A DNA stretch of 64,000 nucleotides from Candidatus Shapirobacteria bacterium (GTDB lineage Bacteria > Patescibacteriota > Microgenomatia > UBA12405). Of the stretch, positions 39,077 to 48,615 are shown one piece after another. Each line of letters begins with the position of its first letter. Position 1 is the first letter of the stretch. The notes below the pieces were generated by a model. The model was not told the DNA's origin and ran no database searches. It was given only the letters and a program-made list of their open reading frames with translations. A program made the position numbers and the translations under genes. Location: assembly GCA_041659325.1 (NCBI GenBank), contig JBAZYN010000002.1, positions 513-64,512 on the forward strand. Reading direction: 5' to 3'.

Positions 39077-39598
39077 ATGAAGTTAAATATTAACCCACCA
39101 GACTTTATTTATTGTCCATTTTGCGGTAATAAATTAGAAATAAAGTTTGACGGTGAAAAAGAAAGAAAATATTGTCTCACCGACAATTGGACTTATTATC
39201 CGTTTGTGGCCAACGCAGTCGGTGCCGTGATTCGGAACGGCGATAAAGTACTACTGGTTAAACGGAACAAAGAACCGTATAAAAATACATGGATGTTCCC
39301 TGCTGGGTTTGTAGATTATGGGGAGCACCCGGAAGATTCATTGGCCAGAGAGGTAAAAGAAGAGACGGGATTGGATGTAATAAGTTCTAGTTTAATGGGA
39401 ATATTTCAGGTTGACGATGATCCCCGGAGTCCAGGCCATTTTGATTTTTTTTACGAGGTAAAAGTTGGGTTGAAGAATGAGATTAAAACCGATAAAGACG
39501 AGAATAACGATATTAATTGGTTTGACTTAATAAATTTACCGGAAATAGGATGGCATACTCATCAGAAGGTTGTAGATATTGTTAGAAAAGAAGTCTAA
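39077..39598 (+). CDS. NUDIX hydrolase with N-terminal zinc ribbon
   Basis: YCPFCG and Nudix box G.....GE......AREVKEETG. Confidence 0.9.
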   Translation: MKLNINPPDFIYCPFCGNKLEIKFDGEKERKYCLTDNWTYYPFVANAVGAVIRNGDKVLLVKRNKEPYKNTWMFPAGFVDYGEHPEDSLAREVKEETGLDVISSSLMGIFQVDDDPRSPGHFDFFYEVKVGLKNEIKTDKDENNDINWFDLINLPEIGWHTHQKVVDIVRKEV

Positions 39599-39604
39599 AG
39601 TGAG

Positions 39605-39699
39605 CGTCAGACAAAATGATGTGGAGTAATAAAAGAAAAATATAACTTAACCATTGCCTGGTTTGAGATTGGCAAGAAAAAGCGGAATTGGAGTAAAAT
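39605..39699 (+). repeat. ~95-bp intergenic repeat, copy B
   Basis: Imperfect copy of 38973-39070; ends in TAAAAT 6 nt before the next ATG. Confidence 0.85.
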
Positions 39700-39705
39700 C
39701 AGATC

Positions 39706-40383
39706 ATGAAAAGTGACCACTTAATAAGTTCTTCTGAGGCAGGATTTGGAAAAAGGCTTAGAGATATTGAGCTGTGGGGGGATAAAGAAGGACAAATCGT
39801 GACGAACTATCAGGAAATATCCGAATATATCGCAAGAAGGATTTTTTCTAAAACCGGGGATAAAAGTATATTGGAAATTTGTTGCGGGATAGGATCTCTT
39901 ACTGTGTTTTTGGCTAAAGTTTTTAGCCGGGTAATTGCGGTTGATATTAATCCAATTCGAATTGTAGCGGCAAATAAAAATCTACAATTAAACAATTTAA
40001 TAAACAGAGTCGATTTAATAACCGGAGATATTGAAAACGAAAAGGTTATTAACAAAATTTGTAATAAATACAAGATTGGGGCTGTTTGTACGGATGTCAC
40101 ATGGTCTGAAACCGGTATCTACGGACAAGATCATACGGATGACTTGGATAAAACTACACCAGCTACGGATAAATTATTTAAGTTATTGACTGATAGAGAT
40201 TGGAAAAATATCTGTATGAGACTACCAAAAACGATTGACTATAAACAATTAATGGGTTTGGGGTCGGTAGAAATTGAAGAAATTTCCATAAATGGAGAAT
40301 TAAAGTTTATTTACGCTTATTTTGGCATGCTAGTTAAGGATATCGGAATAACAAAGAAGAACTTTCGGATAGACAGAAAATAA
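39706..40383 (+). CDS. class I SAM-dependent methyltransferase (Tgs1-like overall layout)
   Basis: ILEICCGIGS motif I, VIAVDI motif II, GD motif III. Confidence 0.75.
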   Translation: MKSDHLISSSEAGFGKRLRDIELWGDKEGQIVTNYQEISEYIARRIFSKTGDKSILEICCGIGSLTVFLAKVFSRVIAVDINPIRIVAANKNLQLNNLINRVDLITGDIENEKVINKICNKYKIGAVCTDVTWSETGIYGQDHTDDLDKTTPATDKLFKLLTDRDWKNICMRLPKTIDYKQLMGLGSVEIEEISINGELKFIYAYFGMLVKDIGITKKNFRIDRK

Positions 40384-40461
40384 AGATTACAGCTGAACAA
40401 TGACCTTGTTTTGGACTGATAAAGAGATTAGGAGGATAGGAACAGGGTGTAAAATCTGACA

Positions 40462-41208
40462 GTGAAAGACAATTTATTAGTCAAATGCAAAGAACTAATT
40501 CGGGCATATAAAAACGGTTTGTTAGGTATCTGCACTATGCCGGAAGACAGCAACCCTGGGTTTGACGAAGATGATGGAGAACTAAGACTTGCCTATTTTA
40601 CTTTGCCAATGAGTCTTAACTACCAGCGAGACAGTTACAAATTATGGGAAGCCGCACTTAAGGCGTACAAGGATAAGGCAGTTCAAAACATATTTGATGT
40701 AAAATCGGTATCGGAGATGTCCTCGGAAGAATTAAGAAGTAAGTTACTGAAATATAAAGTTGCTCTTCAACCAAATAAACACATCAATACTTGGAAAACC
40801 ATTTCGGAGACAATTTTGAATAACTGGGGTAGTTTCAAAAACTTGTTTGAATCAACGAATTTTGATTTGGAGATTATCAAGGAATTGATTCAAAAAAAAT
40901 ATAAAAGAGGCTTTCCTTATTTATCCGGACCTAAGATATTTAATTACTGGAGTTTTATTATAGGCACTTACGGAAGGATACCCCTTAAGAATAGACAATT
41001 AATTGAGATTGCCCCAGATACTCATGTGATTAAATGTTCAGTGGCTTTGGGATTAATTAGCATCGCGGAAGCAGAAAGACTAAGTAGGGACGAAATATCA
41101 AAACGATGGAGAGATGCTTTGGAGGGCTCAGGAATTAGTCCAATTGAGATGCATCCCCCTTTGTGGTTTTGGAGCCGGAATGGGTTTGTTTATAAACTTC
41201 GAAACTGA
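40462..41208 (+). CDS. conserved hypothetical protein, possible HhH DNA-glycosylase-like fold
   Basis: FPYLSGPKI hairpin-like motif followed by PDTHV. Confidence 0.55.
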   Translation: MKDNLLVKCKELIRAYKNGLLGICTMPEDSNPGFDEDDGELRLAYFTLPMSLNYQRDSYKLWEAALKAYKDKAVQNIFDVKSVSEMSSEELRSKLLKYKVALQPNKHINTWKTISETILNNWGSFKNLFESTNFDLEIIKELIQKKYKRGFPYLSGPKIFNYWSFIIGTYGRIPLKNRQLIEIAPDTHVIKCSVALGLISIAEAERLSRDEISKRWRDALEGSGISPIEMHPPLWFWSRNGFVYKLRN

Positions 41209-41283
41209 ATATTGCGGGTACCTCGAAGATTGTAGAACCGGGATAGGTGGACCAATTTTTGAACTTTCGGAGTAAAATACGAT

Positions 41284-41760
41284 ATGGGTGGAGATTTTAA
41301 GTGGGTGTCTACAACAAATATGTTTGTAATGGATGGGAGTAAAGTGCTAGTGATTAAAAGAGGAGAGGAAGAGAAAGATTTTCCCGGTTGGTATATGCTG
41401 CCCGGAGGGAAGCAAGAAGCGAATGAAACACCGATACAGACTGCAATTAGAGAAACTTTTGAAGAGACGGGAATAAAGGTAACAAATCCAAAATTAAGAG
41501 TTTTGGCGACACACAATCACGAATACCGGGAAAGAATGTATCTGGTATACATATTCTCATCTACCGAATTCTTGGGACAAATTGTCCAGTCAGATGAAGG
41601 AACCGCGATGTGGATGCCGATTGATGAACTTATAAATAACCCAAAGTTATACCCGGACTTAAAGAGACATATTAGAATGATTATAGGGGACGAAGAGCAT
41701 GAAGTATTGTTTACGTATCATAAGTTTGACGATAACTTGAATATCATCGAGGAAGCCTGA
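41284..41760 (+). CDS. NUDIX hydrolase (MutT-like)
   Basis: PGGKQEANE....AIRETFEETG, SDEG..MW. Confidence 0.88.
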   Translation: MGGDFKWVSTTNMFVMDGSKVLVIKRGEEEKDFPGWYMLPGGKQEANETPIQTAIRETFEETGIKVTNPKLRVLATHNHEYRERMYLVYIFSSTEFLGQIVQSDEGTAMWMPIDELINNPKLYPDLKRHIRMIIGDEEHEVLFTYHKFDDNLNIIEEA

Positions 41761-41763
41761 GCT

Positions 41764-42555
41764 ATGGATCGGGAGAGTATAGGAGAAGAAATTGAGAAGG
41801 AAAGAAGAGGCCCTAAAATCATTGGAGTAATCGGGCCTCACAGAATAGGAAAGGATACTGTAATTGATGGACTGGTTTCAAGCTTATCGGGCAAAGATGT
41901 GAGAAAGTTTTCAATCGGTGAATATATCAGGGATAGGCTTTATGAAACGGATGATCCTGCCGGAGCAGAGGTACTTTTTGCCAGAGAATTGGAAGAAGCG
42001 AAGGTTGAGAGCGAAGATACTCGTTTGAATAAACTGTCGGGGAGACAACTGGTGGGGGAAATTAAACATAATTATGACAATAGATTACCCATTCCGGAGG
42101 AAGTGGCCGACTGGATATTTAAAGGATTTCTCGAGAGTTGTTCTGAGGATACTATAGTGCTGATGTCTGGAGGGCCTTATTCTGTAATTGATCTGAAGTT
42201 CATGGAGAAACATTCTCCTCCAATGGGGTTGATTTTGCTAGCCCCGACCTCTAGGGATTGGATGGAAGAAATTCCCAGAAGGGCGGCGTTTGGGGAGAGG
42301 GAGAGTATGCGTGACCCAGAAGAAGAGTGGAACAAATGGAGAGGAAGGGTGGCGGAAGTGATGCGACACGCTTATTCGATGGGATACCCGGTACTACATG
42401 TGAATATGAGAAACCCCGGGTTGTCTATAGAAAATGTTAATAGTCAAATACAAGGTGCCCTTGGTGAGTTTGTGGAGGGGGTAGCAGAGGGGCGAACACT
42501 CTCGAAATTGAAAAAAATTGATATTGGTGGGGATGAGAGGTTAGGACGAAATTAA
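41764..42555 (+). CDS. P-loop nucleoside/nucleotide-kinase-like protein
   Basis: IIGVIGPHRIGKDT Walker A, FSIGEYIR. Confidence 0.6.
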   Translation: MDRESIGEEIEKERRGPKIIGVIGPHRIGKDTVIDGLVSSLSGKDVRKFSIGEYIRDRLYETDDPAGAEVLFARELEEAKVESEDTRLNKLSGRQLVGEIKHNYDNRLPIPEEVADWIFKGFLESCSEDTIVLMSGGPYSVIDLKFMEKHSPPMGLILLAPTSRDWMEEIPRRAAFGERESMRDPEEEWNKWRGRVAEVMRHAYSMGYPVLHVNMRNPGLSIENVNSQIQGALGEFVEGVAEGRTLSKLKKIDIGGDERLGRN

Positions 42556-42673
42556 GGTGGTTCTAAAATCGAAGAGATGGACTATGGAATTGCCAGATAG
42601 TAGTGCAATGGCTTAATAATTAATTGCTTTGGGGTTGATAATAAAGTCAGGAGAATTGGAGTAAGATCTTAGT

Positions 42674-43351
42674 ATGAATTATGTGGTTGGTGGTGTGGCG
42701 GTGGCGATATTATTCTGTTTAGTGTTTACCCTTAGTATTGTGATAAATAATAACTCTTTGGGAAAAACTAATCATACGGCGATAATCGTATTGGGTTTGG
42801 GAGAAAACCGGGAATCTAAAACCGTGGAATATCTATGGAAAAGGCAAGGAGTAAAAGTGATATTTTTTCAACCTAACTGGAAAAGTGAAGAAAAACTACA
42901 GGATAAACTAAAAAGATTGTCAGATTTAATTGATAAAGAAGCAATGGGGAATAAGGTTTCTCTAGTAGGTGTGAGTGCCGGAGGAAGTCTGGTAATCAAT
43001 GCTTTCGTCGAAAATAAAAATAAAGTTGATAAAGTAATCACTTTATGTGCCCGCTTAAGAAAGGGTGAAATGACAGGCTTCCGAGGTTTTGAAGAAAGAA
43101 CAAAAGGTTATCCGGCTTTTCGGGATTCAGTTATCTTGGCAGAAAAAGTAGAAAAGTTATTTGATGAAAATGATAGAAAAAAAATTATGACCGTTCATGC
43201 ATTGTTAGGTGACGAATTGGTACCTCAAAATACGACAACGATTGAAGGAGCAAAGAATATAACCGTGCCGACGGGAGAACATGTAATTAGTAGTGCGGCC
43301 AGTTTGACGATATTTTCTAAACCTTTAGTTAAATTTATTTTAGAAAAATAG
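42674..43351 (+). CDS. alpha/beta hydrolase fold protein, paralog of 35730-36341
   Basis: GVSAGGS, LCARLR, AFRDSV, GDELVP, EGAKNI, EH shared with the paralog. Confidence 0.75.
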   Translation: MNYVVGGVAVAILFCLVFTLSIVINNNSLGKTNHTAIIVLGLGENRESKTVEYLWKRQGVKVIFFQPNWKSEEKLQDKLKRLSDLIDKEAMGNKVSLVGVSAGGSLVINAFVENKNKVDKVITLCARLRKGEMTGFRGFEERTKGYPAFRDSVILAEKVEKLFDENDRKKIMTVHALLGDELVPQNTTTIEGAKNITVPTGEHVISSAASLTIFSKPLVKFILEK

Positions 43352-43477
43352 GCTTGAGACCTGACGGTTGAATCCGTATGTTTGTAACAAATTACCAATA
43401 GTTCTGCAATATTTCTAATTGATTTTGTATTTTTTATAGGTTACACTATCGTTGTTTATTAGAATTCATTAATAAAA

Positions 43478-44368
43478 ATGGGTATAGAACGGGGAGTACA
43501 AACAAAAGAATTTCCCACTGCCACAAGGTATCAATTTTCCGAATGGGATGAAAAAAAACAGGAATATGTCTGGACTGACGGAAAAGAAACTTTGGCTGGC
43601 GAAAAAGGACAACTTTCAGTGGGACACTACGAAGGGGAAGGGTTAAGAGAAGCGTTAAGGGTAAATACCGGCATGGCCAGATTTGTTTTGGTTGATAACG
43701 GAACAGCATCTCTGGAAGGCCAGATTGTTGATTCAAAAAGTTTGGTTTACATCCCTGCCGGAGCATCTGTGAATCTTGGGGAAGTCCAGGGCGGGGCTTG
43801 GATTGTGGAAGTAACGGCAACTCTTTCTGAAGAAAATACTAAGGCAACTATTCTTCCGGTTTCGGTTAATCCAACTAGTCATGCTGCCTGGTTTGGTTCT
43901 TGGACTTCGGTTGGTGGCCAAAACCTTGGTATCCCTCCTTCGATTCATTTCGGAATTGAAGAGGGATCGGTTACGGAAATTATCACCGCCGGATTGGGCA
44001 CAGAATATACTCCATGGAGCCTTCGGAATTTATCAGAAGAAAAACAAACAAAAGCTAGAGCAGCAGTGGCCGATAATAAAAATGCAGAACTTCTCCATGG
44101 ACATAATGATACGACTGAAATTTACGTTTGTGTTGAAAATCGAACAGTAGTTGATATTCAACCTAACAACGCTCCTCCTACAAATGAAATAGATCACCAA
44201 CAATCGGTACCTTTAGGGCCAGGAATGATGGTAGTCGTTGGACCCAGTACAGGATACTCTCACCGCGAACCTTCTCCAATAATCAGTGGCAAAATGTTTG
44301 TTATTAAATGGAATGGAGGGGAAATCGTCGATAGGAACGATAAACACCCCCATCCTTTGGCGGGATAG
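43478..44368 (+). CDS. hypothetical double-cupin-like protein
   Basis: H.H...TEIY...H cupin-type motif; beta-rich. Confidence 0.55.
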   Translation: MGIERGVQTKEFPTATRYQFSEWDEKKQEYVWTDGKETLAGEKGQLSVGHYEGEGLREALRVNTGMARFVLVDNGTASLEGQIVDSKSLVYIPAGASVNLGEVQGGAWIVEVTATLSEENTKATILPVSVNPTSHAAWFGSWTSVGGQNLGIPPSIHFGIEEGSVTEIITAGLGTEYTPWSLRNLSEEKQTKARAAVADNKNAELLHGHNDTTEIYVCVENRTVVDIQPNNAPPTNEIDHQQSVPLGPGMMVVVGPSTGYSHREPSPIISGKMFVIKWNGGEIVDRNDKHPHPLAG

Positions 44369-44377
44369 CACGACTTG

Positions 44378-44448
44378 AGACCCGGGTGGGAGTTGAACCC
44401 ACCTAAACGGTTTTGCAGACCGCTGTATAACCGCTTTACTACCGGGTC
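44378..44448 (-). tRNA. tRNA-Cys(GCA)
   Basis: GACCCGG/CCGGGTC acceptor stem, GCGGT-CTGCAAA-ACCGT, TTCAACT T loop, U73. Confidence 0.93.
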
Positions 44449-44470
44449 ATAGACTTAAAAGAGCATACCG

Positions 44471-44498
44471 GCCCTCCTACGCCAAGGCTACGGCGGGT
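44471..44498. repeat. short GC-rich branched hairpin (REP-like)
   Basis: GCCCTCC-TAC-GCCAAGGC-TAC-GGCGGGT between the decarboxylase stop and tRNA-Cys. Confidence 0.4.
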
Positions 44499-44515
44499 AA
44501 GATAGCTGTATTGTA

Positions 44516-45496
44516 TCAAAATAGGTGGTTTTCGACCAGATGAGCGCCGGCGCAGGGATGATTTTCGATAATGTCTTTAACATAATCCAGAGATCGAAGT
44601 TTTTTTGTAATTTCGGCGACAGTATTTTGCTCGCAAATCAGATGGACATCCTGACCGGTGTTAAGAGTGAAATAAACCGGTATCCCCTCTTTGCGCCATG
44701 ACTGAACTTGTTTCATAAGCCGGATACTTTCGGGGGTCAGATAAATCAGGGAGGGGGTGGAGGTGATCATGATTGCGTGAAGCTCGAGGGCTTCGGACTC
44801 GACTAATTCACCAAATTTTTCAAAATTTTTGGTTTTGATAAATTCGTTAATTTGGGCAATTTTTGCGGGGAGATTTTTTAGCCTGGTTTTTAAAAATGGA
44901 CTGGTGTGGGCAATCTTGTGGCCATCAGTGGAACCAATGTCTTTTCTAAAATTGGAAACCAGAACCACCACATCGACAATTTTCCAATAGGAGGATGGAT
45001 AAACGGAAACAGCAAAACTTTTATGGTCGGTGCACCCGGCAAGCCACCTGGTAAAACCCGAGGGAATAGAGCGGCAGGCAGAACCAGAGCCGCGGCGGGC
45101 CAAAATTGATAACTCTTTTTCGGATAATTTCAAACCGGCGGCGGCAGAGGCGGCGAGCGCCAGAGCAGCAAAGGCTGAGGCGGATGAAGAAAGACCAGTG
45201 CCGATGGGAAAGGAATTTTTGGAGGCTACTTTGGCAAAATGGGAAATATTATTTTTTTTTCTGATAAGATCCAAAACGTTAACTACTCTGGCAAGTTCGG
45301 TGGCGGCGACCTGATTGCCGGCAATTTCCAGGGAATCGTTTTTGAATTCGCCCGAAAACTCGACGGTGGTAGTGGTCAACATGTTACTTAAATTCATGGA
45401 GATATTGTCGTTCCAGCACAAACGGAGATCGTGGTGGCGGTTGCCCCAGTATTTAATAAAGGCAATGTTTGACGGAGAGGTAGCGGTGGCTTTCAC
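44516..45496 (-). CDS. mvaD: (di)phosphomevalonate decarboxylase
   Basis: NIAFIKYWG, GLSSSAS GHMP motif, RRGSGSACRS. Confidence 0.9.
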   Translation of the reverse strand: MKATATSPSNIAFIKYWGNRHHDLRLCWNDNISMNLSNMLTTTTVEFSGEFKNDSLEIAGNQVAATELARVVNVLDLIRKKNNISHFAKVASKNSFPIGTGLSSSASAFAALALAASAAAGLKLSEKELSILARRGSGSACRSIPSGFTRWLAGCTDHKSFAVSVYPSSYWKIVDVVVLVSNFRKDIGSTDGHKIAHTSPFLKTRLKNLPAKIAQINEFIKTKNFEKFGELVESEALELHAIMITSTPSLIYLTPESIRLMKQVQSWRKEGIPVYFTLNTGQDVHLICEQNTVAEITKKLRSLDYVKDIIENHPCAGAHLVENHLF

Positions 45497-45498
45497 TC

Positions 45499-46299
45499 TT
45501 ATTTAGTCGTGATTAAAGTAGATTTACTGCAATCGTCTGAGACGATGGCGGAGAATAAATTATCAGGGTGAGTGCCGTTGATGATAAAAACATCGGTGCC
45601 GGTTTTGGCCATATTTAAACTCTCCTCGATCTTGTGTAGCATACCGCCGGTAACATCAGCGACGGTTGAGCTTTTAAGGGCAGATCTTAGAGAAGGAAAA
45701 TTTTGGGGGGTGATTATTGGAATTGTGGTTCCGTTTTCGTCGTAGACACCATCGGTGGTACCGGCCTGGATGACTTTGGAAATTGAAAAACCATTTGATT
45801 GAAGCGGCGGGATAAGATTATCAAGGTTGGCCTCCCCGGAATAAATACAACTGCCGATTTTTTTGTCCAAAATTATATCGCCAAAAACAAGGGGAATTAT
45901 CCCAAGTTTCAGAGCGATTACAATCGGATCGATGTAGAGGGAATTTAAGTCTTTGTTATCCGAAGTAGTAAAGGATGAAGGGACAAAAGACAAAACATTT
46001 AGCCCCTCGTCTAAAAAAATACGATTAACGATACGATTGATTTCGATGGCCACTTGTTGGACCTGACATAGGCCCTTGATCTGGTCTTCTGTTTTTGCAC
46101 CGTCGGCAGTGCCATATTGACTAGCCAGAGTGTGGGCGAAAGAACCCGATCCGTGAGAAATGAGGAGTTGATATTTTGAAGATTTGGATTTTTTTATTTC
46201 TATGGCTAAACGGCGAATCACATCGTCGCGGGCAGTATAGGGCTTTGACTTGTCTGTAATTAAGCTGCCACCTAATTTTAAAAGAATTAGATTTTTCAT
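45499..46299 (-). CDS. isopentenyl phosphate kinase
   Basis: KLGGSLITDK, HGSGSFAH (IPK His), DVTGGM..K. Confidence 0.88.
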   Translation of the reverse strand: MKNLILLKLGGSLITDKSKPYTARDDVIRRLAIEIKKSKSSKYQLLISHGSGSFAHTLASQYGTADGAKTEDQIKGLCQVQQVAIEINRIVNRIFLDEGLNVLSFVPSSFTTSDNKDLNSLYIDPIVIALKLGIIPLVFGDIILDKKIGSCIYSGEANLDNLIPPLQSNGFSISKVIQAGTTDGVYDENGTTIPIITPQNFPSLRSALKSSTVADVTGGMLHKIEESLNMAKTGTDVFIINGTHPDNLFSAIVSDDCSKSTLITTK

Positions 46300-46940
46300 T
46301 TGGAAAATAAAACTGCTTTTAACTGTTTTTGGAGCCGGCCGTGATGACGAATCAAGACAAGGATGGTACCGACTAGAACCGGTAAAAACATAGTCGGGTT
46401 TATTAAAAATATTGGGACGAGGGCAAATATTTCCCCTATCAGGCGACCCAAAATTTGGTCAGAGATGATGTGTGAAAAAGAAGGGAAACGACCTTTGAAT
46501 TTCTTTTTGATAAAGAAAACGAACTCAGTTAAATACATAAAAATAACAAGGGTGAGAAGCCAGACAATAAGCATTATCGGCTGATAGTAGAAAATTATCC
46601 CCATAAGAGTGGCGGCTCCCCGGCCACCATAAAATTTCAGAAAAACCGGATAATTGTGACCAAGGATGACAAAAAAGGTGGCTAAAACGGGACTATCGGG
46701 GAAAAGGTTTAGGACCAAAATTCCTTTAAAAATATCCGTCAGAGCGACAATCAAAAAAGCGACGGCAGCAAGAAGGATACTTCTTTTTTCTTTCTTGACG
46801 GTTCTTAGGGTATTTAGGGCGCCCATGTTGCCCGAGCCCCCGGAGCGGACATCTTGGCCGGTAAAAAGATAGACAATAATCAGGGCAGTGGGGAAACAAC
46901 CGATGAGATAAGAAATAACAATGGGGTTAATTATCGACAT
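46296..46940 (-). CDS. plsY: glycerol-3-phosphate acyltransferase PlsY (divergent copy)
   Basis: GSGNMGALN, D..KG, GHNYP...GGRG.AT. Confidence 0.85.
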   Translation of the reverse strand: MSIINPIVISYLIGCFPTALIIVYLFTGQDVRSGGSGNMGALNTLRTVKKEKRSILLAAVAFLIVALTDIFKGILVLNLFPDSPVLATFFVILGHNYPVFLKFYGGRGAATLMGIIFYYQPIMLIVWLLTLVIFMYLTEFVFFIKKKFKGRFPSFSHIISDQILGRLIGEIFALVPIFLINPTMFLPVLVGTILVLIRHHGRLQKQLKAVLFSK

Positions 46941-48615
46941 ATGAACAAACTATTGAACCGGGGCCTAAGTGGACACTTAAAACAGGAGAAGTGACAGTGG
47001 AAAAAATTACTTTTATCCCATAATTCTCGAGTAATTGTTGTAGGTTTTTTACGAGCTTTTGGTTTGCGGTATGGGTGATAATTATTTGGAGGCGATAGTT
47101 TGGTTTATCATATTTTTTTAGACGGTCAAACATAACCCGGGCGAGATCCCCGCCCCCAAAACCCAGACCGGCATTTTTCATAACACCGTCTTTTATCTGA
47201 AGAAAAGGGTTGAGCTTTAATTTTTTTAAAACCCGAACTATATTGGCTTTGGTATGACTTAGGCGGCCACCCATTTCGGCCCACTTTGGATCATCAATCA
47301 GGGCGATGGTGTGTATTTTTGGAATCTGGCTTTTGATTTTTTTGACAATTATTTTGGCTTTTTGTTTTTTAGCAATCAGCTCTAAAATTTGGAGAGCCAA
47401 AATGGCCTCTCCCCCGCTGACGCAAAAAGAGTCGATGATGTGAACTCTTCTTTGGTCGTATAGGCTAAGTAAACTTCTGGCTTGAAGGGCGCTGTTGTAT
47501 GATCCGGATAAAAGAGAGGAAATAGTAAGACAAATGATTTTTTGGTATTTTTTTAAATGCGACTGAAAAAGCTGATGGTAAATTTTTGGTGACGGCTGGG
47601 AAGTGGTTGATACTTTGCCTGATTTAATAATCCTGAAGGGCGCAACGGGGATATCGTATTGGAAAAGTAAGTTCTTTGGCAAATCAGCGGCACCATCTAC
47701 AATCAGGCCAATACCACCCAGACGGGCGGAGACGGAGATTTGTTCTAAAAGATCCTGTTTTTCTATTTTTAGGACTTTGCCTAGGGATTTGATCTTTTTG
47801 ATAACAGGATCAGGATGGTTGGTATGAATATGAATTTTAGTTTTTTGATTGACAGTAATAATATCCAGAGAATCGCCCAAATTTTTCAGACAATCAAAAT
47901 TGTTTACAGAGGGCTTGAGGAGACAAATAATTTCAAAACGTCCGGAGTCGGAGATGGCGACAACCGGAGAGTCGGCGAATTTTTGCTTTTGAACGACATG
48001 GACATCTTGGTGATTTAGGGCTTCCAAAAAACCTTCCAGAGCAATTAAAAAACCTAAACCGCCGGCATCAACGGAAGAGGTTTTACCGGAAATCCCGACA
48101 TGTGACCTGGTGGCATCGACCGCTTTGGAGGCAGATTTGATTGAGTTTTGAAAAGCGAGAATTATGTTTTTGTTTTTCCTGCTCTCTACGGCAAAAGAGA
48201 GAGAGACGGCTTTTATAACATCGAGAACAGTGCCGGTTTTGGGATTTTGAATAGAAGTATGGGCTTTCTTGAAACCGTTTTGAAAAGCGGTGGCTAAATT
48301 GCTAATTTCGATGGGAATTTGCTGAAATGTTTGTAAAAATCCTACCAAAAATCCGGTATAAATTATACCGATGTTGCCGGAGGCAGAGTCGAGCGCCCCT
48401 TCCAGAGCAAGAGATCGAAAATCATTAATGTCGGTAAAATTTTTTGAAATTAGAGCCCTTTTGATGCCATTTAGGGTTTGGCTTAAATTGTTGCCGGTGT
48501 CTTTGTCGGGGACGGGGAAAAAATTGGTAAGGTTAATCTGGTGTTTATTTTCATCGACTTTTTCGGCGGCACGGAAAAACATTTGGGATAAATTTTCAAG
48601 GTTGAGAGAATTCAT
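46927..48615 (-). CDS. DAK2 (FakA-like) + DegV (FakB-like) fusion, fatty acid kinase
   Basis: NFFPVPDKDTG.N, GNIG, VDAGG, HIHT; C-terminal TSQPS, SSLLSGSY, GGR, H.GPG. Confidence 0.85.
   Translation of the reverse strand: MNSLNLENLSQMFFRAAEKVDENKHQINLTNFFPVPDKDTGNNLSQTLNGIKRALISKNFTDINDFRSLALEGALDSASGNIGIIYTGFLVGFLQTFQQIPIEISNLATAFQNGFKKAHTSIQNPKTGTVLDVIKAVSLSFAVESRKNKNIILAFQNSIKSASKAVDATRSHVGISGKTSSVDAGGLGFLIALEGFLEALNHQDVHVVQKQKFADSPVVAISDSGRFEIICLLKPSVNNFDCLKNLGDSLDIITVNQKTKIHIHTNHPDPVIKKIKSLGKVLKIEKQDLLEQISVSARLGGIGLIVDGAADLPKNLLFQYDIPVAPFRIIKSGKVSTTSQPSPKIYHQLFQSHLKKYQKIICLTISSLLSGSYNSALQARSLLSLYDQRRVHIIDSFCVSGGEAILALQILELIAKKQKAKIIVKKIKSQIPKIHTIALIDDPKWAEMGGRLSHTKANIVRVLKKLKLNPFLQIKDGVMKNAGLGFGGGDLARVMFDRLKKYDKPNYRLQIIITHTANQKLVKNLQQLLENYGIKVIFSTVTSPVLSVHLGPGSIVCSYVDN

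Noticed and set aside
35074-44368. Classical integron
   Set aside because: No tyrosine integrase and no convincing RYYYAAC...GTTRRRY palindromic attC sites in the spacers
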